Positions 38,135 through 48,100 of a stretch of DNA of 64,000 nucleotides are shown here, piece after piece. This DNA is from Streptococcus sp. (lineage in GTDB: Bacteria > Bacillota > Bacilli > Lactobacillales > Streptococcaceae). Under the pieces are notes generated by a model, which saw nothing but the letters and a program-made list of their open reading frames with translations, had not been told where the DNA came from and ran no database searches. The DNA lies in contig JAUMZW010000001.1 of NCBI GenBank assembly GCA_030527925.1, positions 93,455-157,454 on the forward strand, written 5' to 3'. A program made the translations under genes and the position numbers. Each line of letters opens with the position of its first letter. Positions within the stretch are counted from its first letter, which is position 1.

Positions 38135-38294
38135 TCACTCGCCATTATGTTTGGTGGCTTGGTACAGGCCATATTGTTAATCATTGCCTTGGTTGGCAGT
38201 CAACGGACCGCCCGAAGTATTTTGGGGATGTAGGAGGAAGGGAGTCAATATCTTGCCTCCTCTTTTTATAGTTTACTTAGATTGGAGAACATTT

Positions 38295-38648
38295 ATGAAC
38301 ACACGTGTCTTTAAGGACATCTCAAAGGTTCAACACAGGGCATGGCTAGGATTTACAACTAGACAGGTTATTTTTGTATTTCCAGCCGTCGCCATAACCA
38401 TTTTGGTATTGGTTTTTAACCTATTTTACTGGCAATTTGGGGATTGGTTTGTCTATGGTTTTGTTTTTAGCTTTACCATTCCACTCATGTTATTTGGGGT
38501 CTATCGCCCCAACGATTTACCATTTGAAATATACCTCAAGTACCGTTTTCATTATGAACTAACGGTGCCAGACCGCACATTTACTGGAAGAAAAGGAGAC
38601 CAACGTGAAAAAATTAAAACACTCAATGAAATCAAAGACCTCTTCTAA
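38295..38648 (+). CDS. PrgI/TcpE-like small T4SS membrane protein.
   Basis: 117 aa from the ATG at 38295 (RBS ggagaa). Two TM helices. Positioned just before the VirB4 ATPase, as in Gram-positive conjugation modules. Confidence 0.45.
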   Translation: MNTRVFKDISKVQHRAWLGFTTRQVIFVFPAVAITILVLVFNLFYWQFGDWFVYGFVFSFTIPLMLFGVYRPNDLPFEIYLKYRFHYELTVPDRTFTGRKGDQREKIKTLNEIKDLF

Positions 38649-40956
38649 TGACAAAAAGCAAAAGACGAAAACACAGAAACAGGAAATCAGCCCTTCTACC
38701 GTAAATACGTTAGCCTATCAAGGACTTTTTCAGAATGGCCTTATGCAGGTCAGTCCAAGCTATTTCTCACAAACCTATCTTTTAGGAGATGTTAATTATC
38801 AAACAGTTGGCTTAGATGATAAGGGAGCTATCGTTGAGAAATATTCCGATTTAATCAATTCACTGGATGATAAGACCAATTTCCAACTGACTATTTTCAA
38901 TCAAAAAGTTAATTTGGAAAAATTTCGTAAGAGTATTCTCTATCCCTTGCAGGAAGATGGGTTTGATACTTATCGTGATGAATTGAATCGCATGATGGAT
39001 GCCAACTTAGAGGCGGGTGAGAACAACTTTTCAGCTGTCAAGTTTCTTTCATTTGGCAAGAGCGACCAAACACCAAAACTAGCTTTTCGTTCTCTGTCAC
39101 AGATTGGGGAATATTTCAAGAGTGGCTTTTCAGAGATTGATGTATCTCTTGGTTTACTTGGTGGAGAGGAGCGAGTGAATGTCCTTTCGGATATGTTACG
39201 AGGCGAAAATCATTTACCGTTTTCTTACAAGGATTTGACTCTCTCAGGTCAATCCACCAAACACTTTATTGCCCCAACCTACCTTTCCTTTAAACACAAG
39301 AATCATATTGAATTGGACGATCGATTATTACAGATTGTTTATGTTCGCGACTATGGCATGGAGTTAGGGGATAAATTTATTCGAGACCTCATGCAGTCAG
39401 ATTTGGAAGTGATGATTAGCCTACATGCCAAAGGCTCTACTAAGTCTGAAACCATGACCAAGCTACGAACCAAGAAGACCTTGATGGAATCACAAAAGAT
39501 TGGTGAACAACAAAAAATGGCTCGGACTGGAATCTATTTGGAGAAGGTCGGCCATGTTCTTGAGAACAACATCGATGAAGCTGAAGCTCTTCTTCAAACC
39601 ATGACCCAAACAGGAGATAAACTGTTTGACACCGTATTTCTAATTGGCGTGCTGGCGGATACTGAAGATCAACTCAAACAATCTCTTGATATTATCAAGC
39701 AAGTGGCAGGGTCTAATGATATGATTATCGATAACTTGACCTATATGCAAGAAGCTGCTTTTAATAGTCTCTTGCCATTTGGGAAGAACTATCTTGAAGG
39801 TGTTTCTCGGTCTCTATTGACTTCAAACATTGCCGTGAATGCACCTTGGACTTCCGTAGATATTCAGGACAAGGGTGGGAAGTTTTATGGCATCAATCAA
39901 ATCTCAAGTAATATCATCAGTATTGACCGTGGCAAGTTAAATACTCCATCAGGTTTGATTTTAGGGACTTCTGGAGCTGGCAAAGGGATGGCGACAAAAC
40001 ACGAAATCATCTCAACTAAGCTCAAGGAAGCAGATAGTGATACTGAAATTATTATTGTTGACCCAGAAAATGAGTACAGTATTATCGGTCAAGCCTTTGG
40101 TGGGGAGAGTATTGATATTGCCCCAGACTCTACCACCTTCTTAAATGTCTTAGAACTATCTGATGAGAATATGGATGAGGACCCAGTTAAGGTCAAATCC
40201 GAATTTCTCTTGTCTTGGATTGGAAAGCTCTTGGACCGCAAAATGGATGGTCGTGAAAAATCCTTGATAGATCGTGTGACACGCTTGACATATAAGCATT
40301 TTGACACACCGTCCTTGGTCGAATGGGTCTTTGTCTTATCTCAACAACCTGAACAGGAAGCTAAGGACTTGGCACTGGATATGGAACTCTATGTGGAAGG
40401 GTCGCTGGACATATTTTCACATCGGACCAATATTAAAACAGACAGTCATTTCCTGATTTACAATGTCAAAAAGCTAGGCGATGAGTTAAAACAAATTGCC
40501 CTCATGGTTATCTTTGACCAAATTTGGAATCGGGTGGTCAAAAACCAAAAGCTAGGGAAGAAGACCTGGATTTACTTTGATGAAATGCAGCTACTCTTAT
40601 TGGACAAGTATGCCTCTGATTTTTTCTTTAAACTCTGGAGTCGTGTCCGTAAGTATGGGGCGATACCGACAGGCATTACTCAGAATGTAGAAACGCTTCT
40701 TTTGGATGCCAATGGCAGACGTATTATTGCCAATAGCGAGTTTATGGTTCTTTTAAAACAGGCCAAGAGCGATCGCGAAGAATTGGTGCATATGCTTGGA
40801 CTTTCCAAGGAACTGGAGAAATACTTGGTCAATCCTGAAAAAGGGGCTGGCCTAATCAAGGCTGGTTCCACCGTTGTCCCATTCAAAAATAAGATTCCAC
40901 AACACACCAAGCTCTTTGACATCATGAGTACGGACCCTGAAAAAATGAGGACATGA
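38605..40956 (+). CDS. VirB4-family conjugal transfer ATPase (TrsE/TcpF/PrgJ-like).
   Basis: 783 aa. GTG start 5 nt after the AAGGAG RBS. Walker A GTSGAGKG and Walker B WIYFDEMQLL. Confidence 0.85.
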   Translation: MKKLKHSMKSKTSSNDKKQKTKTQKQEISPSTVNTLAYQGLFQNGLMQVSPSYFSQTYLLGDVNYQTVGLDDKGAIVEKYSDLINSLDDKTNFQLTIFNQKVNLEKFRKSILYPLQEDGFDTYRDELNRMMDANLEAGENNFSAVKFLSFGKSDQTPKLAFRSLSQIGEYFKSGFSEIDVSLGLLGGEERVNVLSDMLRGENHLPFSYKDLTLSGQSTKHFIAPTYLSFKHKNHIELDDRLLQIVYVRDYGMELGDKFIRDLMQSDLEVMISLHAKGSTKSETMTKLRTKKTLMESQKIGEQQKMARTGIYLEKVGHVLENNIDEAEALLQTMTQTGDKLFDTVFLIGVLADTEDQLKQSLDIIKQVAGSNDMIIDNLTYMQEAAFNSLLPFGKNYLEGVSRSLLTSNIAVNAPWTSVDIQDKGGKFYGINQISSNIISIDRGKLNTPSGLILGTSGAGKGMATKHEIISTKLKEADSDTEIIIVDPENEYSIIGQAFGGESIDIAPDSTTFLNVLELSDENMDEDPVKVKSEFLLSWIGKLLDRKMDGREKSLIDRVTRLTYKHFDTPSLVEWVFVLSQQPEQEAKDLALDMELYVEGSLDIFSHRTNIKTDSHFLIYNVKKLGDELKQIALMVIFDQIWNRVVKNQKLGKKTWIYFDEMQLLLLDKYASDFFFKLWSRVRKYGAIPTGITQNVETLLLDANGRRIIANSEFMVLLKQAKSDREELVHMLGLSKELEKYLVNPEKGAGLIKAGSTVVPFKNKIPQHTKLFDIMSTDPEKMRT

Positions 40957-40957
40957 G

Positions 40958-43759
40958 ATGAAAGAGGATAAAAAGCTAGTCAAACAGGCTAGGCAAAACT
41001 TTCGAAGCAACTTAAAATTAGCCCGTATGCATTATCGGAAAGAAGTTAGGACCCTAAGACAGACTGTTCCTAAAAAAGGACGATTTCGAAAACCAGCCCA
41101 AAATTCTCTTTTTCAGGAAAAGAAAACAGAGTTAAAAGAAAATCTACTCAGTAGCCAAAAGGAAGCAGAAGAGAAGTTCCTAAAGGAAATTACCTATGTT
41201 TCTCCTAAACTGTTGAAGGTAAAGGAAATCAAGAACTATCGACTTCCGCAAGCTCAAGAACGTTTGCGGACGGCAAGAAAACATCTGTCAGAAGTGAAAC
41301 TAAGTGAGAAACAGCAGGTAGTTAATCCCAAGTTTACTTTCCAAAAAGAAAATCCTTCCCTGAAGTCTCGCTTTCAGTTTCACCAAGAAAAATCATTTGA
41401 TCGGCTAAGTGCAGAAAAAGACGTAAGTTCTGCCAAGCGTGAGGTTAAACAACTCAAGAAAGTCCAAAAGACTAAGAAAAACTCTACCAAAGTCAAAGCT
41501 GGATTAGGCTTGGCTGCATCTGAATCCCTTGACCTGATAGAACAGGAGGATGATTTAGATGGTCTAAGAACCATGAAGGATACTAGTTTGAAAGCCAGAC
41601 GCTATGGCAGGTTTACTTATCAAGCAGGTAAGGTGGCAGTAAAAAGTGGACAGACTGGTGTGCGGTTTACCAAAACAAAATTTTCTCATGGAAAGGAACG
41701 ATTCCAGAACTTCAAAAAGGGAAAAGGATTCACACGCCAGAAACCTCTTAAACCAAGAAGACGCTACCAAACCTTTTTAAATCATGTCAGAAAACAAAGT
41801 GTCGCAGGTTTTAAAGGAATCGTCCAAGCCATTAAGGGAAGTATGACTTTCTTTTCTGTCCTTGCGGGAAATCCTTTGACTTGGATTGTCTCAGGCATTC
41901 TCTTGATACTCCTTTTGATGATGAGCTTTTTCATGAGTGTTTCAGGTAGTAGTGTCATTCAACAAGATGAAATAGAATTGAGTAAGAGCTATACCCACAT
42001 GACGTGGGAAGATGCGGAGCATACAAGAACCAACGAAAAGGGAATTACCTATTTCACCAAGATTGATGAGGTTATGGTTTACATGAATCATCAATACCAA
42101 GACTATCAGCTTGACGATTTCATGGAAATGGGTGGTACGACCTACAAAGCGTTTCTCAGTCAAGTGTGGACAGACTTAAATGGTGGAGATTCTATTAAAT
42201 CCATGTCTGACTTATATAAAGAACCTACTTACAAGCTGTCTGATGAGGACCAGGAAGAGTTAAAGGAGTTGACAGAAGAAGGCAACTATCTAGCCCTTCA
42301 AGAATTGGACAATCCCTTTCAGGGACAGACCGATGAGGATAGCTTAAGCATGACCTACCGATATGGGTATGAGGTCATTGATGAGAAACCAACGCTTCAT
42401 CATCATATCATCTTAGAAGCAAAAGAAGGTCAAGTCATTGTAGCTCCGATGGATGGCAAGGTATCTCTTGATGGAGAGAACGTTGTTTTGACATCTGGTA
42501 AGGGAGTGAATAAGACTAAACTAACCTTGTTTGGCATTCATTCAGGCCGAGTGAGTGAACATCAACAAGTCTTGGCAGGAGACATTATTGGTGAGACCAA
42601 GGATGGAACAGGTCTAAAGGTCACCTATCAAAAGGTTGATGATGACACGGATAAGTTGGTCTATGTCAATCCAGCATTCTACTTTCCAAAAGTGATTCAG
42701 GTTCAGACCACCATTCTTCCAACTATCGGTCAGTTTGGCGGCGATGAGTTCGAGAGAGCCAAGGCAATTTATGACTATCTTAAAAGCAAAGGTGCGACCA
42801 ATCAAGCTATCGCAGCCATTCTAGGTAACTGGTCGGTAGAATCCTCCATTAATCCAAAACGAGCTGAAGGCGACTATTTATCTCCCCCTATTGGTGCGAC
42901 AGACAGTTCGTGGGATGATGAGGGCTGGCTCTCACTTAATGGTCCAACTATATACAATGGACGTTACCCAAATATTCTCAAACGTGGTTTAGGCTTAGGC
43001 CAATGGACAGATACCGCGGATGGGTCACGCAGACATACTTTATTGTTGGAATATGCCAAAGGAAAACATCAAAAGTGGTATGACTTAGGGTTACAACTGG
43101 ATTTCATGTTGCATGGGGATAGTCCTTATTACACCAACTGGTTAAAGGACTTCTTCAAAAATACAGGTAGTCCAGCTAGTCTTGCCCAACTCTTTCTCAT
43201 TTACTGGGAAGGAAATAGTGGTGATAAGCTACTTGAACGTCAGACACGAGCAAGTGAGTGGTATTACCAAATTGAAAAAGGCTTTAGTCAACCTAACGGT
43301 GGGACAGCACAAAGCGATCCAAAAGCACTTGAAGCTGTACGAGAAGACCTTTTTGAAAACTCTATTCCAGGAGGTGGTGACGGTATGGGTTACGCTTACG
43401 GCCAATGTACTTGGGGAGTCGCAGCCCGTATCAATCAACTGGGTCTAAAACTCAAAGGTAAAAACGGTGAGAAGATTCCAATTATCAGTACCATGGGCAA
43501 TGGCCAAGATTGGGTACGAACAGCCGCAAGTCTAGGTGGAGAGACAGGGACAAGTCCGCAAGCAGGAGCTATACTTTCATTTGCGGGAGGAGGACATGGC
43601 ACACCAGCAGAATACGGACATGTGGCTTTTGTGGAGAAAGTCTACCCAGACGGCTCATTCCTTATCTCCGAAACCAACTACAATGGCAATCCCAACTACA
43701 CCTTCCGTAAATTATCGGGAGTGGATAGTAGCTTGAGTTTTGCTTATACGACGAAATAA
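40958..43759 (+). CDS. Conjugation-associated cell-wall hydrolase with an M23-like domain, a lysozyme-like domain and a C-terminal CHAP domain.
   Basis: 933 aa with a basic N-terminal region and one TM helix. An M23-like segment (HHHIILEAKEGQVIVAPMDGKV), a lysozyme-like segment (AAILGNWSVESSINP), and CHAP with catalytic Cys/His (YAYGQCTWGVAARI ... GHVAFVEKV). Confidence 0.8.
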   Translation: MKEDKKLVKQARQNFRSNLKLARMHYRKEVRTLRQTVPKKGRFRKPAQNSLFQEKKTELKENLLSSQKEAEEKFLKEITYVSPKLLKVKEIKNYRLPQAQERLRTARKHLSEVKLSEKQQVVNPKFTFQKENPSLKSRFQFHQEKSFDRLSAEKDVSSAKREVKQLKKVQKTKKNSTKVKAGLGLAASESLDLIEQEDDLDGLRTMKDTSLKARRYGRFTYQAGKVAVKSGQTGVRFTKTKFSHGKERFQNFKKGKGFTRQKPLKPRRRYQTFLNHVRKQSVAGFKGIVQAIKGSMTFFSVLAGNPLTWIVSGILLILLLMMSFFMSVSGSSVIQQDEIELSKSYTHMTWEDAEHTRTNEKGITYFTKIDEVMVYMNHQYQDYQLDDFMEMGGTTYKAFLSQVWTDLNGGDSIKSMSDLYKEPTYKLSDEDQEELKELTEEGNYLALQELDNPFQGQTDEDSLSMTYRYGYEVIDEKPTLHHHIILEAKEGQVIVAPMDGKVSLDGENVVLTSGKGVNKTKLTLFGIHSGRVSEHQQVLAGDIIGETKDGTGLKVTYQKVDDDTDKLVYVNPAFYFPKVIQVQTTILPTIGQFGGDEFERAKAIYDYLKSKGATNQAIAAILGNWSVESSINPKRAEGDYLSPPIGATDSSWDDEGWLSLNGPTIYNGRYPNILKRGLGLGQWTDTADGSRRHTLLLEYAKGKHQKWYDLGLQLDFMLHGDSPYYTNWLKDFFKNTGSPASLAQLFLIYWEGNSGDKLLERQTRASEWYYQIEKGFSQPNGGTAQSDPKALEAVREDLFENSIPGGGDGMGYAYGQCTWGVAARINQLGLKLKGKNGEKIPIISTMGNGQDWVRTAASLGGETGTSPQAGAILSFAGGGHGTPAEYGHVAFVEKVYPDGSFLISETNYNGNPNYTFRKLSGVDSSLSFAYTTK

Positions 43760-43896
43760 AAAAGGATATGCTAACAATAATTGGATTTGTTAGCATATTG
43801 TTTTGTAAATATTTCGTGAGAAATTCTACCTTTTAGTTACTTTGATAAGTTTAGTGATATGGTATAATACTAAGGAGAGGTTACTGAATATTTTAA

Positions 43897-44907
43897 ATGG
43901 AAACAATTATTGAAAAAATGAAAAAAGAGTCGAAAACTGGTTTAACTTCTGGGGATATAGTTGACCATATCTTTAAAAATCATAAAATAGATATTCAAGA
44001 TGGTGACTCTGTCACACTCTTAAATATGGGATATTATCATGGTTATAAACGATATAGATTTGTTAAAAAATCTAATTCAGATGGGATTCTGCCCGTTACT
44101 TCATTTAAGGAAATTGAAGCAATCTACAATTTTGATATGGAGTTAAAAGGACTTTTTTATCCAATAGTGATGCTTGTAGAGACAGCATTAAAAAATCGGA
44201 CTATCGATTCAATAGTCGCAGAATCTAGTAGTGGGATAGAAGATATATTAGAACATCAATTAGCTTGTTACAAGGACTATCCTGAAGACCATGAAAAATA
44301 TGGTAATAAACTCAATCAGTATAATGAAACTAGACAAAATGTATTGGATACAATTGACTATTACTCAGATAAAAATGAGGTCATTAAGCATTATTTAAAA
44401 AGTGATTATCAAATTCCTCTCTGGGCTTATTTTGAAGTTATTACTTTAGGACAGTTTAGTAGATTTTTAGGAAGTTTAACTAAGTCAAGTCGTGAAAAAT
44501 TGAATCAAGATTTCAAGATCATTCCAAATAGGTCAAACTCTCTTGAGTTAGTTGTCAATGCGCTTATTGAGTTAAGGAATGCTACCATGCACAACAGTGC
44601 GATTTTTGATGCCAATTTTTCAAGCGGTGTATCTAAAGCACTCAAAAAACAGATAAAACAAGATTTAGGATTATCTACATTCACTTGTGTTTTCATTGAA
44701 GATTATTTCATTCTACTAATTTGGACTTTGAACATTCTAAAATTTGATACAGTAGTCCTCAATAACTACATCAATCAATTCAATGAAATTGTTGAACGAT
44801 TTGATGTTTCCCTCAATAATCGTGATATTCTCTTTAAGATTGTCAGTACAAATAGAAAAACATCGATTCAACAATTAAGTAAATTTATTGACGAAAAACG
44901 AAATTAG
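43897..44907 (+). CDS. Abi_2-family abortive-infection protein (AbiD/AbiF-like).
   Basis: 336 aa. The C-terminal LIELRNATMHNSAIFD matches the conserved RNxxAH(N/H) motif of Abi_2. Stand-alone gene with its own RBS aaggagag and a downstream terminator. Confidence 0.6.
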   Translation: METIIEKMKKESKTGLTSGDIVDHIFKNHKIDIQDGDSVTLLNMGYYHGYKRYRFVKKSNSDGILPVTSFKEIEAIYNFDMELKGLFYPIVMLVETALKNRTIDSIVAESSSGIEDILEHQLACYKDYPEDHEKYGNKLNQYNETRQNVLDTIDYYSDKNEVIKHYLKSDYQIPLWAYFEVITLGQFSRFLGSLTKSSREKLNQDFKIIPNRSNSLELVVNALIELRNATMHNSAIFDANFSSGVSKALKKQIKQDLGLSTFTCVFIEDYFILLIWTLNILKFDTVVLNNYINQFNEIVERFDVSLNNRDILFKIVSTNRKTSIQQLSKFIDEKRN

Positions 44908-44945
44908 TGGTATCATAGTTGTATCGAATTGGGGCGTGCTAGTCA

Positions 44946-44995
44946 CGTCTGGGAGGGTCTGATGCGTCAGTCCTCCTCTTTTTTTATTTTTAAGT
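44946..44995 (+). terminator. Terminator after the Abi gene.
   Basis: ggagggtctga-tgcg-tcagtcctcc hairpin followed by TCTTTTTTTATTTTT. Confidence 0.55.
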
Positions 44996-45139
44996 ATTCT
45001 TCAGAGGTTATCGGTTGTGCTTCCGATAGCTTTTTTCTTTCCCCTGAACTGATTGTGATAACAAAATCAAGCCTTCTTTTTTATGATGAAGAAAGAGTGA
45101 CAGTTTGTTGCTAATGAAAAAAGAAAAGAAGGACACTTT

Positions 45140-48100
45140 ATGACCAAAACATGTAATCATCACTTTCTTGTCAATCAGGAAAAAGGCGAGAAACACGTCT
45201 TTCGCAAGAGTAAAAAACATCGTACTTTATGTTCCGTTGCCCTTGGAACTATGGTGACGGCTGTTGTTGCTTGGGGAGGAACGGTTGCATCTGCTGATGA
45301 AGTTACAACTTCAGTTGACACCACCATTCAACGAACGGAGAATCCAGCCACGAATTTATCAGAAGCACAACCAACCCCTGTTTCTGAACAAACTGAAAGT
45401 TTAGTTTCAACTGGACAATCTAACGGTGCGATTGCTGTCACCGTACCACATGATACGGTAACACAAGCAGTGGAACAGGCAAAGGCTGAAGGTGTTTCTA
45501 CTGTTGAAGATAGTCCAACGGATTTGGGCAATACGACATCTGCGACTGAAACCAACCAACAAATTTCAAAAGCAGAAGCAGATGCCCAAAACCAAGTTGA
45601 GGCTATCAACGAAGTTACTGAAACCTACAAAGCTGACAAAGCAGCTTATGTGGATGAAAAAGCTCGCATCGAACAGGAAAATAAGGAGCTGTCACAGGCC
45701 TACGAAGGGGCCAACCAAACTGGTAAAGAGACAAATACTTGGGTTGATACCAAAGTCAAAGACTTAAAATCCCAGTATGCAGATGCTGATGTGACAGTAA
45801 AAGAACAGGTAGTTTCATCAGGAAATGGGACATCTGAACTTGACTATACAAACTATGGCAAGGCTGTTGAAACCATTCAATCTACTAACGAACAAGCTGT
45901 AGCGGATTATCTAACAAAGAAAACCAAGGCAGATGATATTGTTGCGAAAAATCAGGTCATTCAAAAAGAAAATGAAGCTGGACTTGCTAAGGCAAAGGCA
46001 GATAATGAAGCCATTGAAAAGCGGAATCAGGCAGGTCAAGCAGCTGTTGATTCTGAAAACCGTGCAGGTCAAGCCGCAGTAGATCAAGCTAATCAGGAGA
46101 AACAACAATTAGTTTCAGATCGTGCAGCCGAGATTGAAGCTATTACAAAACGTAATCAAGAAAAAGAAGCCGCAGCCAGAAAAGAAAATGAAGCGATTGA
46201 TGCCTACAATACCAAAGAAAAGGAACGCTATCAACGTGACTTGGCCGAGATTTCGAAAGGTGAAGAAGGTTATATTTCTGAAGCCCTTGCTCAAGCCCTC
46301 AATCTCAATAACGGTGAGCCACAAGCACAACATGGGGCCATTATCCGAAATCCTGATCAGATCATTTCAACTGGCGATGCTTTGCTAGGTGGCTACTCAA
46401 GAATATTGGATTCCACAGGATTCTTTGTCTATGATAGCTTCAAAACAGGTGAGACACTTAGTTTTAACTATCAAAATCTTCAAAATGCACGATTTGATGG
46501 GAAAAAGATTAGTCGTGTGACTTATGATATTACCAACCTTGTATCACCTGCTGGAACCGATGCTGTGAAATTGGTTGTACCAAACGATCCCACAGAGGGC
46601 TTTATTGCCTATCGAAATGACGGAAACGGTGATTGGCGAACAGACAAGATGGAGTTTCGTGTAGTTGCCAAGTATTTCTTGGAAGACGGTTCACAAGTTA
46701 CCTTCTCCAATGAAAAACCAGGTGTCTTCACGCATTCTTCCCTCAATCATAATGACATTGGTCTAGAATATGTCAAAGATTCATCTGGGAAATTTGTGCC
46801 GATTAATGGTTCTACCGTTCAAGTGACTAATGAAGGTCTGGCCCGTTCGTTGGGTTCAAACCGTGCAAGTGATTTGAATTTACCTGAGGAATGGGATACC
46901 ACATCAAGTCGTTATGCTTATAAAGGAGCAATTGTCTCAACAGTTACATCAGGCAATACCTATACAGTCACCTTTGGGCAAGGTGATATGCCACAGAATG
47001 TTGGCTTGTCATACTGGTTCGCCTTAAATACCCTACCAGTTGCACGTACAGTAACACCGTATAGTCCCAAACCTCATGTAACAGTGGAACTTGAACCCAT
47101 TCCAGAACCTATTACGGTAACACCAGATGTCTTTACTCCTAAAACATTTACACCAGAAAAGCCTGTGACCTTCACACCAAAGCCTTTGGATGAATTAGTG
47201 CAGCCTAGTCTAACTTTGACCAAGGTAACCTTACCTGTCAAACCTATTCCAAAAGAACTTCCAACGCCACCACAAGTACCGACAGTCCATTATCATGCAT
47301 ACCGTTTGACGACAACTCCAGAGATTATGAAAGAAGTGGTCAATAGTGACCAAGCTAATCTTCATGAGAAAACTGTCGCAAAAGATTCAACGGTGATTTA
47401 TCCTTTAACAGTTGATGCCTTATCGCCCAATCGTGCCCAAACGACTAGTCTCATTTTTGAGGACTACTTGCCTGCTGGTTACCTCTTTGATAAGGAAACA
47501 ACACAAAAAGAGAATGGAAACTATGTCCTTAGCTTTGATGAGACTAAGAATTTTGTGACCTTGACCGCAAAGGAAAACTTGTTGCAGGAGGTAAATAAAG
47601 ATTTAACCAAGGTTTATCAACTGACTGCTCCAAAACTCTATGGTTCTGTTCAAAATGATGGGGCAACCTATTCCAATAGTTACAAACTCCTTTTGAACAA
47701 GGGTACAACCAATGCTTACACAGTCACTTCAAATGTTGTAACGGTTCGTACACCAGGTGATGGGGAGACAACCACACTCATTACACCAGATAAAAACAAT
47801 GAAAATGCGGATGGCGTCCTCATTAATGACACGGTCGTAGCCCTTAGCACAACCAACCACTATCGTTTGACTTGGGATTTGGACCAGTATAAGGGAGATC
47901 AATCTGCTAAAGAGACAATTGCACGAGGCTTCTTCTTTGTGGACGATTACCCAGAGGAAGTGCTAGATGTGGTGGAAAATGGCACGGCTGTTACTACCCT
48001 TGACGGTCAGAAGGTATCAGGAATAACGGTTAAAAACTATGCTTCACTAAATGAAGCTCCTAAGGAACTTCGAGATAAATTTGCTCGTGCTAAGACTACA

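Noticed and set aside
38184-38294. N-terminal extension (MPWLAVNGPPEVFWGCRRKG...) of the PrgI-like ORF.
   Set aside because: It overlaps the open-frame tail of the VirB6-like gene and has no RBS. The ATG at 38295 with GGAGAA is the plausible start.
44929-45220. Small ORFs (61 aa plus strand, 70 aa minus strand) between the Abi gene and the adhesin.
   Set aside because: They overlap the Abi terminator and the adhesin promoter and RBS region and are low-complexity. They are probably non-coding.
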